A stretch of 38,439 nt of DNA. Origin: Bdellovibrionia bacterium (GTDB lineage Bacteria; Bdellovibrionota; UBA1018). Position numbers and translations under genes: made by a program. The DNA lies in contig JBJMMA010000226.1 in the NCBI GenBank assembly GCA_045805065.1, positions 1 through 38,439 on the forward strand, in the 5' to 3' direction. Shown here piece after piece: positions 1 to 7,702 of this stretch. Numbering within the stretch: position 1 is the stretch's first letter; each line of letters opens with the position of its first letter. The notes beneath the pieces were generated by a model that was given only the letters and a program-made list of their open reading frames with translations, was not told the DNA's origin and ran no database searches.

Positions 1-30
1 AAAATATAAACCAACACGACCAACATCAGA

Positions 31-429
31 TCAAACAATAGCAGCGGCAGGGGCAGTTGGCATTGCTGCTGATGCTGGAGCCTTAGCGTGAAGCTCTTTG
101 AAGTAATTAACCGCCTGAGGCGTTGTTAAAAAGCTGATCGCAAAAGGAGGCTTTGAGAAATTATCCACCTTTTGCTTGGTATCAGGATCCAGGCCCGAAA
201 GAACGATGTCGCCGGCAAGCTCGTTTGCAAGAAGCTTCAGGCGTCCCAGCTCGCGAAGAAGCTCGGCCGAAATCAGCTTGGGCTCAGCCAGCTCCAGAAT
301 GATCCGGTTCTTGCCGTTCTTGAAGATCTGGGTGATTCCTGCGCGCAAAACATCGACGTTTTGCGAGCTGTCGAGCTCCGCAATCGTCAGGATTTGAATG
401 TCGTTTTCGGCGCGCAGCTTGAGTTTCAT
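31..429 (-). CDS. STAS-domain (anti-anti-sigma-like) protein
   Basis: 132 aa ORF with STAS-like pattern (IQILTIAELDS...LRAGITQIFKNGKNRIILEL...LGRLKLLANELAGDIVLSGL); canonical DSSG phosphoserine motif not evident; Ala/Pro-rich tail. Confidence 0.7.
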   Translation of the reverse strand: MKLKLRAENDIQILTIAELDSSQNVDVLRAGITQIFKNGKNRIILELAEPKLISAELLRELGRLKLLANELAGDIVLSGLDPDTKQKVDNFSKPPFAISFLTTPQAVNYFKELHAKAPASAAMPTAPAAAIV

Positions 430-498
430 AATAATCTCGGGCCGGCTTCGCCCGCCCTGGTCATAATAATCTCGGGCCGGCTTCGCCCGCCCTGGTCA
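426..498. repeat. 35-bp perfect tandem duplication containing an imperfect hairpin (REP-like)
   Basis: TCATAATAATCTCGGGCCGGCTTCGCCCGCCCTGG at 426-460 and 461-495, plus TCA at 496-498; hairpin GGGC-C-GGC-TTC-GCC-C-GCCC in each unit. Confidence 0.95.
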
Positions 499-502
499 CG
501 TT

Positions 503-904
503 TTACGTTAAAGTCATCCGGTAGTAGAAAAGTCTCATCAAATCCCGGCGAGTGATGATTCCCACGAGTTTGCCATCGCGATTCAGGACGGGGAGGCGGC
601 GATAGCGGCCATTGATGATCAGATCCAGGATCTCGTTCAATGGAGTCGTTTCATGAATGGATTTGACGGTGCTGGTGTACTGGATCGGTTTCTTGAAGAT
701 CTCTGGCTTGGGATCGTTAGTCGCGCTGATTTGAGCAATGACGTCATAGTCGGAGAAAACGCCGACCATCTTTCCTTCATCATCCGTGACAGGGATCCCC
801 GTGATCTTGGAGTTCACCAGGAGCTTCAGGGCATCTTCCATCAAGGTGCCTTTTTTGACGGTGATGATCTCGGTCGACATGATATCCCGGGCCATTGTGT
901 TCAT
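503..904 (-). CDS. CBS-domain pair protein
   Basis: ARDIMST, ITGIPVTDDEGKMVGVFSDYD and YRRLPVLNRDGKLVGIITRRDL are two typical CBS repeats. Confidence 0.95.
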   Translation of the reverse strand: MNTMARDIMSTEIITVKKGTLMEDALKLLVNSKITGIPVTDDEGKMVGVFSDYDVIAQISATNDPKPEIFKKPIQYTSTVKSIHETTPLNEILDLIINGRYRRLPVLNRDGKLVGIITRRDLMRLFYYRMTLT

Positions 905-1023
905 AGAATCTCTTTGAAACCTCTCAAAAGCGTTCGCTTCACTCTCTCAATAATTAAAGGATAAGGGAACCCGTCTGCGGCTGCAATGATTGACTTCCTC
1001 GGGAATTGACTTACGCTTGAAGA

Positions 1024-2076
1024 ATGGGCTCCGAGGCCATATCCGCTCTTTATCGCGATTATCTCATGCCCATGACACCTGGGCCGATGATCCGCGACCT
1101 ATTGGAAGCAAGCTTTGACCCCGAGGTCCAGGCACCCCGACTTGCCGAGATCATTGAGAGCAATCCGCTCTACTCAAGTTATTTACAAAAGCTCGACATC
1201 CTCCAGGAGAAGGTCGTTCAATGGCGTGAGGATTTTCCGGAGGATCTTGGGACTGAGCGGGGAACCGAGCGGCTCACCCGCTTTATCGTCGTGCTTTTGG
1301 GTCCGGCCGCGATTCGCAACGCGATTCTCGCGATCTGGCTGAACCGTCATGCAGGTCTTGGGCTGCCCAAAAAGGAAGGTGTTCCTTTCCTGATCCTGCC
1401 GCGGGTTCATCTCCGCTATGCCCTGGCCATATCTGATTATTGCGACGACCAGAAGATCGCAAACGCCGATGTCGCTTATCTGGGCGGCCTTTGTTTTGAC
1501 TGGGTGACTGCGCTTTTAGAAAAGAAGGGCGGAGCGGTCAAAGCCGAGAAAAAGTACCTGGAGGAGCAATGGCCTGAAGCCGTAAAAACGGCTCGTATTG
1601 CTTATGAACTGGCTCATATTCCGCAGAAAATGGCCCTGAGCCGATATGTTTTCCCATCTGTCCTGCTCGTCTACCTGGGAAGAGTTCTCATGGCAGCGTC
1701 GCATGCAAAAATTTGGAAAGATTTCGTCAAGCATTGCGAGAGCCATGGCCCGAACGCACGTTTGGCGTACCGAGTTCTGGAGCATCAGAAGTTTCCCTGG
1801 ACGCACTCGGATGCCGCATCTCTTTGCTCCTTAGCGTTCCCACAGCTTGCTCCTGCGGAAAGCGCTATTCGTTACTATCTTGAGCCTGAGCTTCTAAAGA
1901 CAGTGGATCGTGAATCCTACGAGCTGGCTCTGCTTGTGTCGACCGCGATGACTTTGGCAAAGTCAGGAAAAGCAGGTCTGACCGCCGAAGATCTGCTCAA
2001 GCTCGATCAGGTGGGCATCTCTGAGGCTGCGCTTAACTCTGCGCTGAGTCGACTCAAAGGCAAGGGGAGCAAATGA
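1024..2076 (+). CDS. Degenerate HDOD-domain protein
   Basis: LAEIIESNP...[20 protein letters not shown] and [11 protein letters not shown]...AIRYYLEP follow the HDOD pattern; HD residues are replaced. Confidence 0.7.
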   Translation: MGSEAISALYRDYLMPMTPGPMIRDLLEASFDPEVQAPRLAEIIESNPLYSSYLQKLDILQEKVVQWREDFPEDLGTERGTERLTRFIVVLLGPAAIRNAILAIWLNRHAGLGLPKKEGVPFLILPRVHLRYALAISDYCDDQKIANADVAYLGGLCFDWVTALLEKKGGAVKAEKKYLEEQWPEAVKTARIAYELAHIPQKMALSRYVFPSVLLVYLGRVLMAASHAKIWKDFVKHCESHGPNARLAYRVLEHQKFPWTHSDAASLCSLAFPQLAPAESAIRYYLEPELLKTVDRESYELALLVSTAMTLAKSGKAGLTAEDLLKLDQVGISEAALNSALSRLKGKGSK

Positions 2077-2288
2077 GTTACAAGATTTTCCCCACCTGCA
2101 CCTCGTGTCGCGATTGCGTTGCGGTATGTCCAACCGAGAGTATTTTTTACGGGCTTGGACAATACACAATTGATAATGAGACGTGTCATGATTGCGGGAT
2201 CTGCGCGCGCGTTTGTCCGGTTAACGCGATTCATCAAGCCAGTGCGGTGCAGTCCTCATCTGATGCTAGTGAGCACGAAGAAGATTAA
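2073..2288 (+). CDS. 2x[4Fe-4S] dicluster ferredoxin
   Basis: [12 protein letters not shown] and [12 protein letters not shown] motifs; ATGA overlap with the upstream stop codon. Confidence 0.95.
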   Translation: MSYKIFPTCTSCRDCVAVCPTESIFYGLGQYTIDNETCHDCGICARVCPVNAIHQASAVQSSSDASEHEED

Positions 2289-2469
2289 AAGAAGTTGAAC
2301 AGAGCGTTTCGGCAAACTGCGAAACGCAAATTTTCTGCTGCACGCCGTGCAAAAAAGCACACGATGACGCCGCAGCTGCGTCATTTCGTATTTCAAAAAA
2401 ACCCCCTGAAATCACGCAGATCTTGGGTCTGGTGCGACAAAAAGAGTTTTCATCAGGCCAGCCGACCGC

Positions 2470-2485
2470 TGGCATCTCGGTTGCA
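2470..2485 (+). promoter_or_regulatory. sigma-54 (-24/-12) promoter
   Basis: TGGCATCTCGGTTGCA, GG-N10-GC spacing, 85 bp upstream of the 2571 ATG. Confidence 0.8.
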
Positions 2486-2570
2486 CATGCCCGACGCGCC
2501 CCTCGCGGGGCATTGCAGTACGTCCCAGGCGGGGCGATGCAATATCAAACTTTAGATAAAAGGGGAAACG

Positions 2571-3149
2571 ATGAAAAAGCTTCCAATCTCGATGTGGGCA
2601 GGTGTTTGCGCAATGACTTTCGCGATGAGCGTGACGAGCGTTTTCGCTGGTAACAAGGACGATGGCAGCAAAGCCGGTCCAACCCAAGCGATTAGCCTCG
2701 AAGAGTTCAAGGGTCGTTGCACGAACCCACGCGACTACGACAAGCAAGTCGCTCCAGAAAATATTTCCATTTCCTGCACGAACGTTGAAACCGAATTCGT
2801 GCCAGAAGCTCCAGGCAACTTCCAGATGCTCAGCACCCGTCATGTCACTGCAGGCGTTTTCTCCAGCAAGTGGCACGTCGGCGGCGTCGACGCTAAGGAA
2901 GTTCCAGTGCAACAAAAAGCTGGCAGCTGCCTCCGCTTCAAAGAAGTGGAACGCACTCTGACCGAAGCTCGCAACGTCAGCTGCAACGAAATCGTCGCAA
3001 TGAAGGGTGACCTTCAGGACTATTGCGCATCGGTTCTCGATAGCTCCAAGGCTCAACATCCAAAGATGATTGACACCAAGGAAACCGGTCGCGTGATCGA
3101 CACCTGCGGTGGCATCTCGGTCACCAGCTCAGGCAAAGGCTTGAACTAA
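2571..3149 (+). CDS. Secreted Cys-containing hypothetical protein
   Basis: Sec-type signal peptide ending VFA; six Cys in the mature part; AAGGGG RBS. Confidence 0.85.
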   Translation: MKKLPISMWAGVCAMTFAMSVTSVFAGNKDDGSKAGPTQAISLEEFKGRCTNPRDYDKQVAPENISISCTNVETEFVPEAPGNFQMLSTRHVTAGVFSSKWHVGGVDAKEVPVQQKAGSCLRFKEVERTLTEARNVSCNEIVAMKGDLQDYCASVLDSSKAQHPKMIDTKETGRVIDTCGGISVTSSGKGLN

Positions 3150-3247
3150 GCCTGGCCTGTAACCAACTCTGTTTGGATATGTGGCGGGCGAGCTCAAGAT
3201 CGTCCGCCACTTGTTTTTTGAGGACATTTTTTTGAGGGGGAAAAGTC

Positions 3248-4303
3248 ATGAGAAAACATTTCACTTCCATCTTGCCTGTGATGGCGATTGGAATTTTTGG
3301 ATTAACAGCATGTGGTGGCGCCATCGATAACGGCCCTTCGAGTGAAGATGGTACGCTTCCATGGAACTATTCCGGCTCGGGCATTGTGACCGATACTTAC
3401 GGTCTGGCTCATGTGCGTGAAGGGAACTTCTTTGCCGAGGCCAAGATCAAGCCGTGGTCCTCGTACTGGTTCCCTCATTCTGATCCATCGCTGTATGAGC
3501 CGATGAACGGAAGCAAAGAGCTTTCGCCTCTCCAAAAATACGATCAGTGGGCAAAGAAATCCAAGAAGACGGATACGACTGCTGCTGCTACCGAAAAAGC
3601 AACCATGGAAAACAGCGAGTCTGATTCCTGGGCAGGTCTCTGCAATGCTTGGTCAAAGGCTTCCGTCATGGAAAAAGAACCCGCCAATCGCAAAGCCGTC
3701 GATGTGGACGGTGTCAAGTTCAGCGCTTTTGATCTCAAAGCGCTATTGATCAAAACTTACGACAATACGGTTGGCTTCCAGAACTTTGGCCACCGTTTTA
3801 ACGGTGCAAGATCCGACGATTTCAACGACATCTTGCCGGATCAGTTCCATCGCGTGCTGCAAGCTGAGCTCTTTGAAAAGGGCAAGCCGTTTATCATGGA
3901 CCGCGATCCAGGTATTCAAGTGTGGAACGTTCCAGTGTACAAAGCTGAAGTCGTGATGGCGCGCGATCCAAGTAATCCGAACATCATGCACGTTCGCACT
4001 ACGGTTGGAACGGCAGGCACTCGTGACGATACGGATTTCATCGGCACTTGGTCCGTCAACTACGAGTACTTCTATGACCTCTACGGCATCACAGCTGCTG
4101 ACGGAAGCTTTGAAGTTCGCTCGGGCGTATGGACCGGAGCTTCCCTGGACAATCATCCGGACTTCGTGACCGTCATTCCTGAGAAAACGGTTCGTCAGAG
4201 CGACAATCCGCAGCTCAAGACTGAATGGGTGGATGAAATCCTTGAGAAGGCGAAAAAGGCTCCAAGCCTGCTTGACTCTCTCTTTGGTAGAGGCTTGATG
4301 TAA
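3248..4303 (+). CDS. Transglutaminase-elicitor (GP42)-like lipoprotein
   Basis: Lipobox LTAC; family motifs PWSSYWFP, SPLQKYD, SWAGLCNAW, EP, DLKALL, QVWNVPV, G.W...S.DNHPDF. Confidence 0.75.
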   Translation: MRKHFTSILPVMAIGIFGLTACGGAIDNGPSSEDGTLPWNYSGSGIVTDTYGLAHVREGNFFAEAKIKPWSSYWFPHSDPSLYEPMNGSKELSPLQKYDQWAKKSKKTDTTAAATEKATMENSESDSWAGLCNAWSKASVMEKEPANRKAVDVDGVKFSAFDLKALLIKTYDNTVGFQNFGHRFNGARSDDFNDILPDQFHRVLQAELFEKGKPFIMDRDPGIQVWNVPVYKAEVVMARDPSNPNIMHVRTTVGTAGTRDDTDFIGTWSVNYEYFYDLYGITAADGSFEVRSGVWTGASLDNHPDFVTVIPEKTVRQSDNPQLKTEWVDEILEKAKKAPSLLDSLFGRGLM

Positions 4304-4330
4304 TCAGTTCTTTTGTCCCTGAAAAAACTT

Positions 4331-4366
4331 AACCCGGATAACCTGAAGAGGTTATCCGGGTTTTTT
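4331..4366. terminator. Intrinsic terminator, probably bidirectional
   Basis: 14-bp stem AACCCGGATAACCT/AGGTTATCCGGGTT with GAAG loop, T-run after and A-run before, between convergent genes. Confidence 0.9.
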
Positions 4367-4436
4367 ATTTGTTCACACTCGTAAAAAGACTTAGGGAAAG
4401 ATTGAGGCCGTCCGTGGCCTCGCGGTCACGTCATCC

Positions 4437-4976
4437 CTAACGCGTGCACCGTTCATATTCGAGGGTGCAACCTGCTCGATCGGCGGCGTAAGTGAGGCCG
4501 TTGATCGATTTGTAAAGCTTCTCAGCCATCTCGCGGTTTTGAAGACGCGTGCAGATCTCTCCGCCGCTGCCTGGCTCAAAGAGCGCGACTTTCTTGCCAT
4601 CGTCGGTAACCATGGAAGCCGTACCATCCATGCAGGCGCGATAATCGATTGGAAAGCACGTCTTTGGATTTGTGGCGTTCAGTTGTGCGGCTGCCGCATT
4701 CATATTGGCCGCAAACTCGTTCCATTCCTGAAGCGTCATGGCGCCGTCTCCAGGGCGGTTACAGGCGTTCTTATTGGTCTCGTAGTGGCCTGTGGAGGTG
4801 ACTTTGGTCTTGGCCAGGTTGGCTTCGATGCTGATCTCTGACCATGAGGTGGCATAGACCTGACCCACTGAAGCATCAGTAAAGTCACTCTTTGAACTGC
4901 TACCGCATCCCGTAAGAATTGCTCCTGTCAGAACAGCGACGGTGATTGCGCGTCGAGTAGATACGATGGGGTTCAT
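4437..4976 (-). CDS. Hypothetical lipoprotein
   Basis: Lipobox LTGC; six further Cys; GAGG upstream of the start. Confidence 0.85.
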   Translation of the reverse strand: MNPIVSTRRAITVAVLTGAILTGCGSSSKSDFTDASVGQVYATSWSEISIEANLAKTKVTSTGHYETNKNACNRPGDGAMTLQEWNEFAANMNAAAAQLNATNPKTCFPIDYRACMDGTASMVTDDGKKVALFEPGSGGEICTRLQNREMAEKLYKSINGLTYAADRAGCTLEYERCTR

Positions 4977-5050
4977 TTCCGCAGCACCTCTATGTAATCA
5001 CTCCCTTCGGCCTTGCCAAGAGGGGTGGGTCAGTTCGCAGGGGAGCGAAG

Positions 5051-5066
5051 TGCAACCGAGGTGCCA
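5051..5066 (-). promoter_or_regulatory. sigma-54 (-24/-12) promoter
   Basis: Minus strand TGGCACCTCGGTTGCA upstream of the 4976 start. Confidence 0.85.
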
Positions 5067-5120
5067 GCGAGCTGCTATTGTAAAATCGAGCTGAGGGCAG
5101 GAATTTCAGGCAAAAAGGGC

Positions 5121-5155
5121 AAAAAAAGAGGCTTGCAGGAAATCCTGCAAGCCTC
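5121..5155 (-). terminator. Intrinsic terminator
   Basis: 12-bp stem GAGGCTTGCAGG/CCTGCAAGCCTC followed by seven U on the minus strand, downstream of the 5202 stop. Confidence 0.9.
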
Positions 5156-5201
5156 AGTGAGTCAACCTGATCTTTGAATCAAAGAATAAGGTTTAAGCTC
5201 G

Positions 5202-6233
5202 TTATTGGCCAGCGCCCGGAGCTGCTGGAGCAGCCGGAGCTTCCGGAGCAGCAGGTGCGGCTGCTGGTGCAGCAGATGCGGCTGGAGCTGGGTTAGCTTC
5301 AGCAGCAGGAGCTGCGGCAGCTGCTGCAGTGATGCGGCAGACGCCCTGTTGGCAACGTGGAGCTGCAGAGGTCGTCATGAAGCCTTCAGCGCTTCCTGCG
5401 TTTGCGTTCAGGTGGCAAGCCGACAGAGCCGAGTTATAGGCCTGGTTCAAGGCATCGCGATGAGATGCCAGGGCGCTAGTCGAAGCCACAGCCAATGGCA
5501 TGACTTGCGTGCCTGCGTTGGTGGTCACCCATTGATCGCTCGATGCTGGGATAGCAGCAAACGATTGGTCAACGAAGGTGCAATCAGTGTCTGCAGAGCA
5601 GCTTTGAACCGTTGCATAGAGGCTCTGAAGCGCACTGACTTGATCAACGCATGCGTTTGGGAACGGAGTTGGGTAATAAGCTGCAGCAAGTTCCTTCACT
5701 GCTTGATGCAATTCAGAAGCTGCTTCGTTGTTTGCAGTTTGAAAGCAGAGCTGAGAATTGCGGGTCTGGGCCAGGATCTTTTCCTTGCCTTGCTGAGTGA
5801 GGATGAGCTGGTCTTGGTCGGTATTGACCAAAGCTTCGCAAGCTTCCTGAGGAGCTGCCGTTGCAGCTTCTGCTGTTCCTTCTGCTGGAGCGGCTTCGTC
5901 ACCGTTTGGATGAGAAGCTGGAGCGGTAGCCGTGAGGGCTTCAATTTTTTCGTTCAAGTACTTGAGCTCTTCAGGCTTCAAAGAACCCGTTGCTGTTTGA
6001 CCAGCTGGGGTTGGGCCCACCATGTACTTACCGTCAGCGGTGATGGCAAAGCCGTAAGCAGCGACGCAATCAGCTGCGTCACCTGCGCATTTGCTCTGAA
6101 GCGAAAGCTTCCAGAGCGGGCTTGCCTGCGCCTGAGCAGGTGCTGCGGCAGGTTGATCTTCCGAGCTCAAAAAACAGCCCGAAATTGCGGTGCTCATTCC
6201 AAGTACGGCCATGATTGCAAGCGTACGTTTCAT
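5202..6233 (-). CDS. Ala/Pro-rich, Cys-containing hypothetical lipoprotein (start re-called to 6233)
   Basis: Strong AAGGAGGAG RBS before the ATG at 6233; MKRTLAIMAVLGMSTAISGC lipobox; QSCSADTDC and PRCQQGVCR Cys motifs; Ala/Pro tail. Confidence 0.85.
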   Translation of the reverse strand: MKRTLAIMAVLGMSTAISGCFLSSEDQPAAAPAQAQASPLWKLSLQSKCAGDAADCVAAYGFAITADGKYMVGPTPAGQTATGSLKPEELKYLNEKIEALTATAPASHPNGDEAAPAEGTAEAATAAPQEACEALVNTDQDQLILTQQGKEKILAQTRNSQLCFQTANNEAASELHQAVKELAAAYYPTPFPNACVDQVSALQSLYATVQSCSADTDCTFVDQSFAAIPASSDQWVTTNAGTQVMPLAVASTSALASHRDALNQAYNSALSACHLNANAGSAEGFMTTSAAPRCQQGVCRITAAAAAAPAAEANPAPAASAAPAAAPAAPEAPAAPAAPGAGQ

Positions 6234-6396
6234 TTGTATCTCCTCCTTTAAGGGATGCGTTTGAAATGTCGTTTGATCCGGCTCATTCCATATGGCGTGA
6301 GACCAAGATCCCGGTGTTTCACCGGCCGCGAGTTGAGGAACATTGCATAGGTGCATCTATGCAGATGCGTTCAACGCCTCGCAGCTGGCGCGGCTG

Positions 6397-6425
6397 TTGT
6401 GCAATTGATATGCCGCAGGTACACT
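6397..6425 (+). promoter_or_regulatory. Putative sigma-70 promoter of a leaderless gene
   Basis: TTGTGC (6397-6402), 17 bp, TACACT (6420-6425); ATG 6 nt downstream. Confidence 0.5.
6400..6415 (-). promoter_or_regulatory. sigma-54 (-24/-12) promoter
   Basis: Minus strand CGGCATATCAATTGCA, GG-N10-GC, upstream of the 6233 lipoprotein gene. Confidence 0.7.
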
Positions 6426-6431
6426 TGAGGG

Positions 6432-7232
6432 ATGCGCGATGGTTCAGCTCTCACTCCTGTTGGACTTTGTTTTCTGTTCAGCGTCATGCTCTTTGGATGC
6501 TCCAGCGTGGATCAGAATGAACAGGAAAACCGTCGCGCCTGGATTGATCGAATTGCGCTTGTAAATCTGCATTTTCGACGACCTCAGGGCGCCTCGGCGG
6601 ATCCTCATGCGGGGCCCGGAGGAGAGGATTATCAGAGCAAACCTCTTCCTGATTCGCGCATCGACTGCGAGCCTTCAGGAAAACTTTTTGCGGGCCTCAA
6701 ACTCGACGCCATTCGTGCGTGCTTGAGTGGGCCAAACCTAAGTGATCAAGATTTCATTTTGACGTATAGCGTGCAGAAATCGATTCAACCTGCGCTCAAA
6801 TTGCGAAAAGAAGAACCGGTGAAAAAGGGAAAGCCTCACCGTCCTGCTTGCGTGGATGAGTTGCTAGCGGAGATTCCGGTACCTCGTGAAATTTATTTCC
6901 AAGGCATCCGTGACACTCAAAAAGGGGAGTTGGGATGTTTTGCGGCGGGTTTGACGCCGGAGGCTTCTCCTTTAATAGGGTTTCGCCTGATGCCCGAAAA
7001 AACCGAGCTTACGGTAAAAATCCCGCCCCTCCGAGCTTTGAAGACTAACTCAGATGTTCAGCTATTGCTCCTGAGCTGGGCTCTCGGCCCATTCTGGAAT
7101 ACGCAGCGCAATCAAATGGAAGCCCGTGTGGTTCCTGATCATCTTTGTCAGCTGTGCATTGGGGAAAAGAACATGATCCCTAGGAACGTACATGAAAGCG
7201 TTCCTGCAGTTCCTCTCTGGCCGGCAGACTAA
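6432..7232 (+). CDS. Hypothetical lipoprotein
   Basis: 266 aa; hydrophobic N-terminus with lipobox LFGC; several Cys including CQLC. Confidence 0.75.
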   Translation: MRDGSALTPVGLCFLFSVMLFGCSSVDQNEQENRRAWIDRIALVNLHFRRPQGASADPHAGPGGEDYQSKPLPDSRIDCEPSGKLFAGLKLDAIRACLSGPNLSDQDFILTYSVQKSIQPALKLRKEEPVKKGKPHRPACVDELLAEIPVPREIYFQGIRDTQKGELGCFAAGLTPEASPLIGFRLMPEKTELTVKIPPLRALKTNSDVQLLLLSWALGPFWNTQRNQMEARVVPDHLCQLCIGEKNMIPRNVHESVPAVPLWPAD

Positions 7233-7240
7233 GACCCAGG

Positions 7241-7294
7241 CGTTGCCCCTTGGCGAAGCCAAGACGTTGCCATTGGCGCAGCCAAGACGTTGCA
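7241..7294. repeat. Tandem 23-24 bp hairpin repeat (REP-like)
   Basis: CGTTGCCCC-TTGGC-GAA-GCCAA-GA, CGTTGCCA-TTGGC-GCA-GCCAA-GA, then partial CGTTGCA. Confidence 0.9.
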
Positions 7295-7318
7295 TGACTC
7301 GAAACCATAGGTTAAGGT
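7290..7318 (+). promoter_or_regulatory. Putative sigma-70 promoter
   Basis: TTGCAT (7290-7295), 17 bp, TAAGGT (7313-7318), upstream of the GAGGT RBS and the 7342 ATG. Confidence 0.5.
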
Positions 7319-7341
7319 CCACTCCGCGAGGTAACTAACCA

Positions 7342-7653
7342 ATGTCCGTGTGGATTATTCTAAGCTGGGTTTTTGTTCTGATTCTGACCGCAATCAACGT
7401 CGTGATTTTCATGAAGCTCAAGAGCGCCAGCGAGCAGATGATGAAGATGGCTTTCCCGAACGCCAAGAACATGGGCGACGCCGTCGCTCAAATGCAAAAG
7501 ATGATGGGCGGCATGGGCGGTATGCCGAACATGGGTGGAATGGGCGGAATGCCGCGCGGAGGCTTTGGCGGCGCTCCAGCTCGTGGCGGACAAAACATGG
7601 ACGCTCAGCTCAAGCAAGCCATGGAAATGCTCCGCAAGGCCCAAAAGAAATAA
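7342..7653 (+). CDS. Small membrane-anchored protein with Gly/Met-rich tail
   Basis: N-terminal TM helix; MMGGMGGMPNMGGMGGMPRGGFGG region; GAGGT RBS. Confidence 0.85.
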   Translation: MSVWIILSWVFVLILTAINVVIFMKLKSASEQMMKMAFPNAKNMGDAVAQMQKMMGGMGGMPNMGGMGGMPRGGFGGAPARGGQNMDAQLKQAMEMLRKAQKK

Positions 7654-7702
7654 GCTTTCTTTACGCCCGAGCACTCAGCACGCTTCAGTGCTGACTCTCG
7701 CG

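Noticed and set aside
1..60. A-rich window start and abrupt end of the STAS ORF (possible junction)
   Set aside because: Too little flanking sequence to distinguish a real gene end from a contig-edge artefact
426..498. Possible CRISPR array (35-bp palindromic repeat)
   Set aside because: Units are directly adjacent with no spacers, there are only two copies, and no cas genes are present
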